A stretch of DNA of 64,000 nt. Origin: Sphagnum compactum. Lineage: Eukaryota. The stretch is taken from contig OZ234493.1 of NCBI GenBank assembly GCA_965153455.1, positions 11,460,213 through 11,524,212 on the forward strand. Direction: 5' to 3'. Shown here one piece after another: positions 1 to 13,160 of this stretch (position 1 is its first letter; each line of letters opens with the position of its first letter). Both the position numbers and the translations under genes were made by a program. The notes below the pieces were generated by a model that was given only the letters and a program-made list of their open reading frames with translations, did not search any database and had not been told where the DNA came from.

Positions 1-665
1 AGCTTGCACCTTCTGTGGTTGTTCATGCGTGGTGCTTCCTTGCCTTCCCAGCCACAATGAACCAACACCCACCAGTGCACCGTGAAGGATGAATGATAAG
101 TTGTCCGGATACAATTTTTTGTTAGGTTTCAGTTCCCTTGCTAACCACGGTGGTTACCTAAATTGTTTTTTTTTTGGTACCTACCTACTAACAACCCCCA
201 AGTAGGTTGTTAATAGGTAGGTAGTAAAAACAACCTTTACATATGTATAAATAAACCATTTACTTAATAGTTATTATTTTCCTACCTACCTACCTATGCA
301 TGAAACCTATTTCCTATCACAAAAGTTGGAATTTCTTGGCATTTATATATTTGATGGGGAGTTTGTCACCCTCTTGCATACACATTCCTAAGGAATTTAC
401 CACCCTCTTTCCATACCCTAGTGGTTTTGTAAGACTTGACATTTACATTTACATCAAGTACCTCGAAAAAACCTATAATGCATTTGGAAGGCACCTTATA
501 TCCCATCAATTTCCCTCCTTGAAAATGGGAGGGATACTATGCGTACTATTCAAAAGTGGGAAGGTTCTTACACCTAAAAGTAGGCATAATATCCCTCTCA
601 CTCCTACGCCTCATGATCTATATAAATTCAGTTCATGATAAATTTTTCTTCATGTTTTATGGTAG

Positions 666-770
666 GTAAAGCCCATGGGTGGGGGACATTCCCAAAATGG
701 GGGGCTAGACTTGGCGATTGTCTCATCCTAGACCCCTTATTTTGAGAATGTCCTTATCCTAGGGCTTTAC
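666..770. repeat. Imperfect ~105-bp palindrome (foldback/MITE-like hairpin)
   Basis: GTAAAGCCC..GGACATTC.CAAAAT.GGGG.CTAG pairs with CTAG.CCCC.ATTTTG.GAATGTCC..GGGCTTTAC. Confidence 0.7.
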
Positions 771-2279
771 TTTACACACAAAACTTGGAATGGGGAAATT
801 CTGAAAAGAACAAATTAAATCTAAAACTATATCCAAACTCATCACTTTAAGAATTTTTCAAATTCTAAGAACTTTACAAAAGTGGAAAGTCCCATTTTTA
901 ATCAAATTGGGATCTACCCCAAATGGAAGGTGTTACCCAAATTTAAAGACATGTGACCTAATAGGTTGAAAATGTAAGCAAATTGTTAAACTTAACTTAT
1001 TATTTAACCTAACCATATTTCTCTGTGTGTTATGAGTGTACTAAATTTCACTATAATGGCAATTTTGGTACAAAATAAAGTACGAGTGGACTAAATTCAC
1101 AATTGAACAAAGTGATGTTGTGATGATTTTTCTTACTATCTTCAAATGTGGTAGTTGATAATCTCTTGAGATAGTAAGGTTGGGTGGAAAATATCCTCCC
1201 ATTGTTGTGCAAGAATCTTTTGCAATATTTTTGTACCTTGAGTGTTTGACAACTACTTCGTCGTTCATTTAGCCCTAACATGCAAAGAGAAGAAAATCAT
1301 TTGGCTTAGTGGCCTAATTATGAGCTTGAAAAATTAATTATGAAAGAAATCCTGTATCTCTTATTTGATTGAACCCAAAAGAAGCAAAGGGACGCCCCTA
1401 AATTTTACTTACTAACAACATTAAAAAAATGGGTAATTGGTTTTACACAAAATTTTAAGTAAAACCCAAATGAATTTTCTAGTGAGCAATTTTGGACAAG
1501 ATTGCAACTTTTGCAAGGTAGGTCAAAACTCACAAACCACACGAAAATTTAAAGAAGTGAATTCACCCACCCAAAAGAATCTTGATTCTTGCCTTCTTTC
1601 TCTAAAGGAGATAGAACAAAACAAAGGCTCAAATTCTAGCTCAAGAACTGCACGTCAAGAAAAGAATGATAGAAACAAAAATGAAAAAAAATCATGAATT
1701 CACCTTGACACCCAATTACATCAATTGGTGAATCAATCTCACTTGCTTGATGCTGGTGATGATGACGACGACGAGGTATCAAGGATAACATTCATATATA
1801 TAGATAGACAAATACCCAAAATCAATGAATACATGGAAAAAGGAATTCATGAATGTTGAAACATATTCAAATTTCAAGATAAGGACAATTGGGTGCAAGT
1901 CTAGCGGATTGTAGCACAATGATGGGCACACCTGCATTCAGATCATGTAGAGTTCAAGGTCTTGAATATTTTCCTTACTAGTACGTTCCCTGCAATTAGT
2001 GCCAAAATCTCATTAAGGTGGTTGATCCCCCATAGCTTCCAAAAATGTAATAAGAGACAAAAAGGCCCAGGTGTCTTGGGTGGATGCAAGCTGTTTCAAA
2101 GCTCTCCACGTCTACCATATCCAAGTCCCTCTTTTTCCGTCTTTTTTGGGGCTAAATTTAGCCAAATTTATTTTCAAAATGGTTAAAAATATGTGTTTTG
2201 TAATTTCCTTTTTAGTAGAAATTTTTTGACAATTTTTTGGAAAAATCTCCAAATTTCTCTATTGGGTTTCTGGCATGTA

Positions 2280-2395
2280 GCCAAAAATGTAAAAGAGTCT
2301 TGAAATTTCTTTTACTTTTATACATAATCTATATTGAAATTTGGCTAAATCTTCTTGTGGATGATTGTCATTTTGGCTACATCATAAAATTGGGA
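2280..2395 (+). repeat. Short dispersed repeat, related copy in opposite orientation at ~15600-15720
   Basis: TTGGCTAAATCTTCTTGTGGATGATTGTCATTTTGGCTACATCATAAAATTG resembles the reverse complement of CAGTTTTGAGATATAGCCCAAGTGGCTATCATCGGTAGGAAGATTTAGTCAG. Confidence 0.5.
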
Positions 2396-3894
2396 AAAAC
2401 AAAAACCCTATTTGATGTTCCAACTAATTCATTTGGTTTCACATTTTGAGGGATGTTGTTCACCCCATGTTGTCAGCTCCACCCCTACTACCCCCTATTT
2501 GAGTTTGGATCAGTGTACACTTATTATCACATTCAACATGATGCACACTTATGTCATGTTAGTGTGATCTCCTTGCTCCATTCTCATTCAAGAGTGTGTG
2601 TATGTTAATAGTGCGATTTATATTAATTAGTTCATGGGTGCCCTGACATTTTAAAAAAAAAAATTCTTTTGGGGAAAGAATCATGATGATTAAATCAACA
2701 TCGATTTTTTGGGAACATTGGGTACTCCCCAATATAAGCACTTCTTTTGACCCCATATTGTAAAATACAAAAAAACATGTTTGCTTATTACCCACCTTTT
2801 CAGTTTATATACATGGGAGTTGAACTTTCAGCAAAACATATGGGATAAAATTGAGGTTCTATATGAAACATCTTGGGAGAACAACCTGGGAACTTAGGGA
2901 ATATTTTAGGAACGTGATGGGAACACATTGAGAACAAGGAAAAAAACAAAAAATCCCCTCCCAAGATCAACATCTTGTTGCACCTATGTTCTCATTACAT
3001 CACCTTTTTCTTGCAACTTTTTATTTAGTGCAAAATTTTAAAATTTTAACCTAGCACTATCAGCTACATTACATCTTTTGTGCTTTAGATCTGAAAATTG
3101 GAAATGTGAGCTATCTTTGGATATCTAGTTTTCAAAACCTTTCCAAATAGTGCATAATTCAAGGATAACTTTTGATCCTTCAAACCTTGTTTCAAATATT
3201 CAAAACACCATGGGATTTCAATTTTAAAATGGGAGTGTTAGGATGAATTCATTCTTGCACATGTGAATGTGTCTAAATCTTAGAATATTCTTTCAACCCG
3301 ATTCCCTTCTCATACTTTAACCTTAATGATGAACCCAAGGCTAGGGTCACAACACAATGCATGCATGTGAGTTGGGACATAAAATGAAACTAGCCTTTTA
3401 CCTATACCTACTTAGTAAGGACATGAAGTCAATTTCATACCATGGTTATATCAATCTCAATATTAAAAATATACCTATCTCGTTTTAACCAAAAATTAAT
3501 TTCAAACCTTAATACCACAAGGAAGTTCGTATGAAAGTTTTTCAAAAATCCAATACGAATATCAAGTTTGTATGGAAGTTTTTTGAAAGATCTAATACCA
3601 ATATGAAGTGTTTCAACTTGAATGAAAATCCTAAAAAGTTGGAACTTTACATCCAATTTTTCAACTCAAAATTTACCACCCCACCCACCTAGACAATTCC
3701 ACATTATAACAAGCAGGTTCACTTTGTAATTGTTTTGCCCTTGCAAGTTCAAACTTCCAACAATTAAAATAGGAAATGTTCCACGAAATCCCCCAATGAA
3801 GATGAAGGTGGGTTGTGACTAGGTGTGGTTACGTGTAGTTTCTCTTAGGGGCGTCAAATAATAAACCCCCATTCAAAGGGTTATGCGAGAGCAG

Positions 3895-4536
3895 CTAAGC
3901 ACTTTGTGAAAGAATGATTGTTTTTGTGATCAAATTACAAAATAAATATACAAACTCTATAGAATCATCATTTACTGGAATAGGATAAGTTATTTATTTT
4001 TGTATTCTGTTTGAAGTATTATAATCCACCAAAGATACAATAGGTCTTTGTAATCGATCAGCTTCAAGAATAGCCATGGAATTTTAATTTGCATTTTATT
4101 ACTAAACAATCTGGAATATCGTGTGTCACAATTCCTTCAAAAAAATATTGCATCTTTCTAAAACGTGGAAAAGAATTGAAAGGCGAAGATGTGGAAATGT
4201 CCTTTAAACTGGAATGCGTGGAGAAATCCTGAAAGTGTTTTTGTACATTTTTCATATGTTTCCAATTAGTTAAAAAACCCCCAATCCATTTATGATGATA
4301 TAGCTTTGATTGGTTTTTTTTGCCATTTGTTGAATTATTTTATTATATTCTAGATTAGTATTTACCAATAAGAAATGGCCTTTTGCACGAATAAGAAATT
4401 CAATCAAATTTACAAGCCTTTCGTAAACAAATAAATGTTTTTGCTAAATTAATAATAGCCATTTCATTTCTGAATCCGTATAAATATCCTTGAAAATTAG
4501 AAGTAGGTATTCGATGGCCCAGATATGCATTTGTGC
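3895..4536 (-). pseudogene. rps2: Mitochondrial ribosomal protein S2 pseudocopy (NUMT), 5'-truncated, frameshifted, with internal stop
   Basis: Minus strand reads TNAYLGHRIPTSNFQGYLYGFRNEMAIINL...KHFQDFS...FEGIVTHDIPDCLVI / SMAILEADRLQRPIVSLVD...ITYPIPVNDDSIEFVYLFCNLITKTIILSQ, matching bryophyte mitochondrial Rps2. Confidence 0.9.
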
Positions 4537-4642
4537 CTCGTATCGTCCTTGCCATATAAGAGTGAAGCAATATTGAATGGCTAAGGAATGATCATGTGCT
4601 TGACTTGAAATTGAGTTGGCTTTCCAAAAAGAGACTCTTATT

Positions 4643-4928
4643 ATGGATTTAGTAAAATATTTAACATTTTCTATGATTCGTTTTCTTTTAGGTATTTGCG
4701 AAATTTTTTTGAATAGAAAAAATATTTTTATTATGTTAATGTTGATTGAATTATTGTTACTTGCAATCAATTTGAACTTTTTGGGTATTTTATGTTTATT
4801 TGGATGATATGATGGGTCAATTATTTGCTTTATTTGTTTTAACGGTAGCAGCTGCAGAATCTACTATTGGGCTGGCCCTTTCGGTTATAACTTTTCGAAT
4901 TCGCGAGACTATTGTAATGGAATTATAA
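4643..4928 (+). pseudogene. nad4L: Mitochondrial NADH dehydrogenase subunit 4L pseudocopy (NUMT), frameshift near 4780
   Basis: [47 protein letters not shown], then shifted frame [36 protein letters not shown]. Confidence 0.93.
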
Positions 4929-5154
4929 AAACTGCAAAGCACACCATAACCTACAAGGCCTTTGGCCCAAATATGGTGTAACGTTGATTATAGTTTGATA
5001 AGAGGGCCAAAGGCCCATATGATTGTAATTATAGATTGGCTTGGTAATACAAAGGCTATTGACTTATCATCATCGTTTGAAATAGTATTTAGGCCATGAA
5101 GGTCTGATAACCAAAAAATAAAAAAAAGATTTTCACAGATTAAACCAAGTTTTG

Positions 5155-5238
5155 GCAGATACGATGGAATTGGTAGACATGCAAAGTTTAGGTCTGACGA
5201 CCATAATGTTCGTGGGGGTTCGAGTCCCTCCATCTATA
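5155..5238 (+). tRNA. trnL: Degenerate mitochondrial tRNA-Leu(UAG) copy (NUMT pseudo-tRNA)
   Basis: GATGGAATTGGTAGACA D-arm, TTTAGGT anticodon loop, long variable arm, GGGGGTTCGAGTCCCTC T-arm; anticodon and acceptor stems mismatched. Confidence 0.8.
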
Positions 5239-6504
5239 CAAATTGGAACTTGAAGTTATGTAATCATTAGACCTCGAAGATCTGCGGCCTTTCCTTTATT
5301 TGACCTCTCTTTGTTCGATAACCTTTATTTGACCCATTGTGCCTTTAGGGGAATGAGTTAGTTGGTACTTGTTGTATCCATAATCTGTTTTACTAATGGT
5401 ATATCGTACCATGATGCTACCATGTATGTTATGAAGAACTTGAATCATGTGTAGACAATTGGAGAATTGGTTCAAATCACAAAAATCTACACAAAAAGAT
5501 AGGAGCATCATAAACCCTTGAAACCTAAGACAAGGTCTGGCTTCCCATGCACTTATTTTTCCTTGAAAAACAAGTTGTTTCAAAATTCAATCCAAGTTCA
5601 ATCTCATTTTTTGAATTAACTAATTAATTAATTATGAAGTTTCAAAACATTGTGACAGGGTAGTTCAAAGTCGTCATTAGGTGACTCCAGGAAACATGAC
5701 TTCAGAACCTCAAATCCTCATAATGAGTACCCAATATGGCCAAACAAAGATATTTGGAACCCACACTTCTTAACCCCTGCTTTCTACGAAATGCACACAT
5801 ACTTCAATTTGAGAGTAGGCATCAACTGCTGCACTGATGCCTCGATATGCGACAAGGAACCCTAAACCATAAATCCTAAATGCTGTATACTGGACTCTAA
5901 TGGGTTACAATAGCCTTGAATAGAAAGAATGTAAAGGTTTGGTTGGCAATTGGCCTCCTTGACTATTAAATCCTCTAGCTTTGGCAGAGTTGACAAAATC
6001 TGTATGATGGTCCATTTCTTACAATACAGAAACCCTAAACCCTAAACTCGTCCATGGAAAATCTGACAGAAGAACTTGCCATCTACATCAGAACCTCAAA
6101 ATTGTGTGGTGTTGGTGCCTGACGAGCAGCCTCTTGGACATACGCTTGGGGCCATACTGCCTCCATTTCAAAAATGGGTTGTGTCTTTGCAGGGCTGCTA
6201 TCTTGGGAGGTCTCTGATCCCAAAACTAGTCTCAGCCTAGGATGTTTAGCTTCAGAGTTCATCGCAAATGTGTGTCTCCACCCTACTAGCTAGTCCACAA
6301 CCACTGGCACCTCATTTCATTTCTGCGACATCTTCAATGTCAATGAAGAGGGCTGTCAGGCAATTTAGATTCCAGGAAATCTCAAAATGGAACAATAGTT
6401 AAGAATATTGTTCTTTGCAAAGCTCTCTCCAAGACGAAAGGGTTTCAATTGATATCTGAGGAGGAATCACCCAATGAAGCCAAAAGTGAACACTTTCGGA
6501 CACT

Positions 6505-8670
6505 TCAGTTTTCATGAGCTGCCACTGATATTGGGCAGATTGGAGATGTTTGGATGAGAGAAAAAACAATCAATGCTGGAACAGTCCATGTGAAGATGGG
6601 TGTCATCACAAGTACTGTTGACCCATAAGCTCTCGTAAGACTTGATAATAGCTGTGCCCCCACACATTTCCCCCAGGGAAAATTAGAACCAATACCAAAA
6701 ACACTAGACAATCGGGACTGCAATCACCATCCTTGAAGAGAATAAGTTTATTAAAGGGAGTTGACGGAAACCTTACCCGCCAGTGAAGAAATGTAATGGC
6801 CAAGCACCCAACAAACAGCCCTTTCCGAATGAGCCGGTTACAAAGGCTGCAATATTCATTCTGGTGTTCCAGTTTCCTATTGAGAAGTAAAGTCTCAAGT
6901 TCCCCCTCTGGCTGCGGTTCACACCTCTCCTTCAAAACAACCCCCGACTTTGATGCTGGAACTGACCTCATCTCCTTCAATGATGATCGCACACTTGCAT
7001 CCCTCTGGATGCTTCACTGGTAGGAAATACCAGGAGCCATTCGGACAATTTCGATCCACTCTGTCGGTGGCATTTTCTACATGCAGCTCTCTCAGCTGAA
7101 AGAGCAGAGACCATCAAGATCAAAGGGAAAAGCACAGTGTACATGTGAGGAAGAACTATTCCCATGATGTCTGGCACTCCTAATCCTGAAACTTGATTTA
7201 CAGAAGTTACATTTGAAGGCTTCACCGACCAACCCCAAACAGACATGTGACCAATAGGAAAATCATCCGCAAGCACCCGACCAGAAAACCATGGCAGAAA
7301 TGTCAAAGACATCACATATGCTAATGAACATGCCCAAATACAAGTGTTGCGGGCATTCTCAAAAACCACCCAAAATGGAACTTTGATCAATTTGAATATC
7401 ATTGTTCTGAAATCAGATGCTGGCCTTAAAACTGTCATAACCCACTCCTCACATAAACCAGCCTTTTCTAACTGAAAATTGAACACCTTTGGTACAATCA
7501 ACATTGAGAAGACAAATGCAACCATTCCCCACAGTAAGAACGGATAGAGTTTCTCTCACCGGAAGCCCATGCCAAGGTACCCTAGCCATGTGAGTCTAAA
7601 ATTTCCCAGGTGTCCATTTACAGAAAATGGACGTGGCTCACTGACTGTAATGCCCTTGTCCTTCTCTTCCAAAATGATCTCCAACCAATACCGAGTGGGA
7701 GAATCATCAGCATAGTCTGCACTGTTCCAAACAGCATCATAGTAATAAGGCCCACTCTCACGGCTAATGCCAGAGCTGTAATCGACGAGCCTCATTGAAA
7801 TCTCCTCAACTACAGTTGAGGCAAGAGATTTAGCATCAATAATTCTTGCCTTCATCCAGATGGGAGGTGTGTTCGAGAATATGAGCACCCGTATGCGGTC
7901 CAAGGGCACAAGATTTTGACGGAACCTTGAAGCATGGTTAACGAATTGAGTGGGAAAGTTGGAAGTATAATAGTTGGCATCACGAACTCCTGGTCTGACT
8001 TTTCTTTGGGTGGTATCAATTCCACATCCACAAATGAGGTGTGACCGTTATCTGTGGCCATTATACGCATCATTCAGCTCACCCGCCAATCCCCCATTTC
8101 CCACTCCCAGAATTCACCCACTTGCTTATATTCTGGAAACACGAGCCTGCCAAAATGACGACAATTCATTGGTACAAATCTCTGCATACTTTTCTTGACT
8201 GAAGAACATTCCTCGCGACTAAATTGTCAGCACTTAGAAGTGGATGAATAATTCCTTGATCTTGACACTGAAATCTTAGGATGGAAAGTTCCAAGTTAAT
8301 GTAATCAATTAAGCAAAAGAGCTCTGAAGAAAAGACTGTGTATATAACAAGGTGCAGTACCTGTGATGCTTATAAAGGTGCTTCCCAAATTTTGTGTGCA
8401 AGTGGCCACAGACGTATGCCGAAATGTTGTGCTTTGCAAAAATTCCTTCTGGGTGTTTCGCTGTCTCTGTTGAGGTTGTGAATGACATAGGAAAATGGCC
8501 AAACACAATTTTTGTGACGGGGGCAGAATTATCAGGGTCCCATTGGCTGAGTTGTTGGTCAATGTCCTCAAGGCTCTGGTCAGTGCCCGAAAACATTTGA
8601 TGGGGCCCACAGCCCAATCTGCATGGCATCATCAATGCCCACAAAGAGGTGCTTTCGCCCATCCACTCCC
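6505..8670 (-). pseudogene. TMEM62/At3g03305-type membrane metallophosphoesterase pseudogene, 3' part only (exons ~8670-8361, 8146-6777, 6651-6505)
   Basis: Motifs RKHLFVGIDD..IGL..PSNVFGH, FGHFPMSF, AYVCGHLH, EFWEWEMGDWR, LPTFPL, LPWFSG. Lesions: frameshifts ~8585, ~7915, ~7000; stops at 8074-8076 and 7556-7558. GT-AG introns retained. Confidence 0.85.
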
Positions 8671-9839
8671 TTCCAAGACACCCCAACAAATGAGATGGTC
8701 ATGTTCCCAAATTACCAGCATTTTTGTTACAACTGAGGTAGGTCAATCCACATCAAACTTTGAACTTTGCACATTCTGCAAAGTTCTACACAATTCCCTC
8801 CAAAATCCATCCAAAACTGTAGTACGCTAAACTTAAAATAGGACACCACACAACACTGCAAATGGCAGCCAAGATCATCATCATCTAGCACAGTAAAACA
8901 ATTTGCTACATTCAGGAACAAACATGTGAAAGAAGTTTCTGATCTACCGTGCTTAGTTCCCAACAGATTGATTCCTCAACATAATTTTGCAACACTTCAA
9001 TATCAAGGTCTCAATGTGCTTTTGACTGGAATACATACCATGGGAGCATCCATCCACTGTAGAAAACTTGATGATACCTCTAAATTCTTGGAAGCTTTGT
9101 TTTTGTTTTGGTGCTTCGGTTTACGTCAAATATTTAAGGGTTCAAACCAGTCTTGTGAGGGTGCCCGGTTTGTAGTGTTAGATTCTGGGGTTTAGGTTCT
9201 TGTGCCTTGGACTGGAGCTGGCACCCTTTTGTTGGAACTGGCACAAGAATGGGACCAAGGAACTAGCCTTCTTACAAGATCTGGAACTGAAAACGAAACC
9301 ACTGTTGAATACGTGTTCAGCTTGTTTAGGTGGGCAAGTTGATTCTTTTCTGAAAAAGTTGGCAAGTAGGCCGAACTTTATAATGAACTATTAATTGTGA
9401 TGTAGTTGTTGAACTCTGTACCTCTACAGACTCCTGTTTTAGTTTGTTGTAAAACTTATAAAATCTGGCATTCAGGAGTGTGTAGTATGTGCATGGAACC
9501 AGGCCTCGAGGTTCTTGAATTTGTAAAAAACTGTGCCAGAACCAGGACCATGGCCTTTAGAAATTGAAAGAACTAGATTCAAACCCACACCCAGAGAAAC
9601 CCCGACCAGAGGTTCTCTTTAAAAGGAAGAACCCTACAATGCTGGTTCATACCTGTTCCTGGATTGATTTTGCTTGCTAGCTGAAATTTGTACTTCAAAG
9701 AACGGGAAAGATAATTTCCACACCTTTCACACAGAATCATGATCCATTTCAGTCCTGTTGTCATATCATTGTTGTTCTTTCAGCTCCTTGTAGATCTCTA
9801 TTTTTATGCATGAATATTGCACCCACTGTGAGTCCGCAG

Positions 9840-11956
9840 TGTCGCTATGGATGCTTATCAGCCTGTATGGATCTCAAGTCTTGGAGATGGGATTATTTTA
9901 TTGGCGGGTCCTGAAGGCTAGTCCTTTGTTGGTGAAGGAGATCAAGGTTGGTGAGCATTTGCTAATTGCTTATGAATCCAATGCACATGTGCCATGTTTG
10001 CGTCTGTTTTGTGCTCAGAGTTGTGGTTTGGAAATGGTTCAATCGCCAGGGGTTCATAATGTTGGACCATCGTGCTGAGTATCATCATGCGTATGGTGCT
10101 TTTTTGTGTGTGAGGGTTCAGGTTCAGAATCTTGGAAAGCCTGGTCCAGTTGTGACTTCATTTGCAAAGCATCCAGGTTATGGTCATCCATTCATTTCAG
10201 ATGAAAAATTTAATGTGACAGTCAATCCACAGTTCCACCAGGCATGTATCTCTCTGCCATAGTTTCTGTTTGGATTTTCTGTTGGACTCTCCTGCTTTTC
10301 TATACGATGGTGAGGAATTGAAATCACTTTGCATCCATCTGATTTTAAGCAGAATCTGATGTGGTAGTTCTTTCAAATTATCTGCAGTGATATGGATTCT
10401 GGCTGAACAAAGGCTCATCTTTTACTCTCATATACAATGTGAAAGACTCTCAGGAAGATAGCCTGGTGCTGGCAATTGTCAGAGATGAAAAGGCTCTTAT
10501 CTTCTTTCAGTTTGTTTGAAGGCAGAGCATTCAGTCATGGTACCCATGCACAGTGCTGGTTGATAGTCAAATTGTAGATGCAGCTGCGGAGAACTCCAAT
10601 GACAAGGTATATCTCCTGTGAAAAATTGATGTCATCTATTATTGACAAATGAATGCCATTTGGTTTACTGTTGCAGGTGAAGATAGCTATCAGGAATGGA
10701 CAAAGTATCCAAGTAATGCTCAATTAGTATCAGCATGGAAACGCTTTTATGGCAAGACATTCATTCAGGAAGTCTCCCAGAGCACACGGGATGAAGTTGT
10801 ATATGTTTGTTCAGCTAATTGCCAATCTTTGTATGACCGATTGGAGCTCCGGTTTGGTGGGTTGGGAGTCTTTCATCAAACTTCTGTGCTTACATGCCTA
10901 TTCTCTCTATGCAACATGCAGGAAGAGGTTCATTAAATTTTACAGTGACAGAATTTGATGACTACTATGTTGCTTTTGGGAACTTGAATGCTCATAAAAT
11001 GAAGGTGGGTTGTTCAACTGCCTAGTCATTTCATATACCAGTTTACATGAGTGTGAACAAGTCTACATGAGAGTTAACTCATGTGATCTGCTTTGCAACG
11101 TTGCATACAAGTCTCGATTGAGATGCCGGTTGACAGAGGAGAGGCATACCTGCTGGCTGAGGTATTTTTCAGAACAAGAGAAACCCAGATCTGTACTACT
11201 CAGTTTTGCACTACTCAGTTTTTGTTGATTCAAGTTCTATGATATTTTGATGACAATCCTGAAATTTCCCCATTGGAGACGTTTGAAGCCAGTAATTTGA
11301 TTTCAACAGGGTTGAGGTTGCAGGTGTAACAGGCTTGGACTATTAGGTATGGAGCTATGGAAACAAGGCAGGCAAGTTTCCACAAGTCAACAAGAGGTGG
11401 TTCCTCTCACCTCTGGAGAAGGAAATGAAAGCCTTGAAAATTTGGCAAGAGAGAGCCAGTGTGCTGACTTTTCACCAGCTTTAGGATCTGAAAACTTCCA
11501 ACGCGGGACATGGAGAGCAATCTTTGGAGCAGCTGTGCACTGTGTGCTTGGATGCACCCAAGGACAGTTTCTTTGATCCTTGTGGCCATGGCTGCACATG
11601 TTACTCCTGTGGCATGAGGTACCTACCCATCATCCAATGGCAACAAATGATTCCTTTTGCAGATGGTCTAGTTGTTTGCTGGTGGGGTTGTTTAAGCAGG
11701 TAGGACATGGGTAGTTGTCCAGCTGCAATTGCCCATGGCTCAGCAGTGCATGTTGTGTACTGTGATCAGAAATAATCTGGACCACTGCTGTAGCACAAGG
11801 ACAGTTTTTGTTTCTCTATAAGTTTTCTGTTTGGAGCTTGTGGGCTGACCATGAAAGCATAATCCCTTGAATTGCAGGATACAAAATGGAGACATTGCAA
11901 GATGTCCCATTTGCCAGGAAAATGTGCTTGCTGTCCGTAAGATTTATGACTCATAA
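9840..11956 (+). pseudogene. APD1-4-type membrane RING-HC E3 ubiquitin ligase pseudogene (exons ~9840-9946, 10122-10241, 10388-10484, 10677-10751, 10922-11004, ~11324-11618, 11878-11956)
   Basis: LYGSQVLEMG..LKASPLLVKEIKV, YGFWLNKGS, DYYVAFGNLN, C-terminal RING CTVCLDAPKDSFFDPCGHGCTCYSCGMR|I..CPICQENVLAVRKIYDS*. TGA at 10388, donor reads AT at 10485, frame break before the RING. Confidence 0.8.
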
Positions 11957-12749
11957 ACCCTTAGAAGCAACAATCTGGCTCTGCAGCAATCTTCCTTGAA
12001 AATTGCTTAAGTTTTGTGACTGTAAAGCATCTGAACGAGAAAATTGCTGAGTTGGTCACTAAGGCATGCTTTTTTTCTGTTCTGTGAGTGACGATAAGCA
12101 AACCATGGTCATCTTCTGAACTGGACAATGAAAAGGTGTGTCATTGCAGTGTAGATATTTATCAATTTCTCCTAGCTCATCTAATTATCCTGAAGCATTT
12201 TGCCGTGAATGCTATGATGAAAAACAATCTTACACACTAGTAACTGCAACTATGTCTAAGATTGTTGCAAGAACTTCTAAATCTGTACAACTTCAGGTTT
12301 TGGCACCCTAGATAGACACACTGTTTGTGTAGTCTGTGTCCTATTGTGAATCTGAACTTGTGTACTTGGGATTCACCATTTGTGACTTGTGATCCGCAAT
12401 TTTTATGATTGAGGTTTAGAGTTCCAAGGGGCATCAAGAGGAGATATCACCTCTGTGCGGAAATTGAAACATGTTAGAACATGTGGACTAGTGTATCTGG
12501 AGGACACATTGTCTAGCAGAATTTCTCATTGGTGAGTGGGCATTTCAATTTTTTTCCCCTTCATACCTGGTGGGTATCCTGCCATATGTGCTGAGTATCA
12601 TAGGAAAAGAAATGAAAATTAAATTTCTGCCAGTGCTGTACACCAGAACGCCCTCAGAGCAAGGTCTTACCCCAAAGAGCACACACTGGCCAAAGCCAGG
12701 GCAGGCCTATTTCAGGGAGAATGCCTCACTTGGATGGCATTACCCGACT

Positions 12750-12827
12750 CTTAACTTGTGATATTAAAGTTATTCGTAAAGTCAGGAACTTAACTTGTGA
12801 TATTAAAGTTATTCGTAAAGTCAGGAA
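12750..12827. repeat. Perfect 39-bp tandem duplication
   Basis: CTTAACTTGTGATATTAAAGTTATTCGTAAAGTCAGGAA x2. Confidence 0.9.
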
Positions 12828-13017
12828 AAGACGGTACTGTAACACCCCCTGTTTCACTATTCACAGGGCACACCCTCCCATGCTGTGGCCACTCCTCGCA
12901 AGGCCATGGGACCAAGCATAGTATATCTGTATGTGGTATATTTATGCCTTGGACAAACCAGCATCTATATTGGTACGAAGTTACAGAAACACTTTGTGTT
13001 TGTTTTTAATTATTAAG

Positions 13018-13160
13018 AAATGTGGGTGCAGTTCATTACTCTCCATTCATTAGACCAATGAATTCATTATTTTTCAACTAGTCTCAATTGACTTAAACTA
13101 ATGAATTCATTCGAAATCTAATGAAATCACTTGACAGTGTCAAAGACACTTTTGTTGTAG
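13018..13160 (+). mobile_element. Degenerate copy of the mini-CACTA element at 31477-31630
   Basis: Shares AAATGTGGGTGCA.TTCA.TA..TAGACCAATGAATT..AAATCTA.TGAAATCACTTG..GACAC.TTT.GTTGTAG; termini eroded. Confidence 0.75.

Noticed and set aside
5155-5238. Functional nuclear tRNA-Leu
   Set aside because: Organellar-type sequence with broken stems, next to mitochondrial pseudogenes
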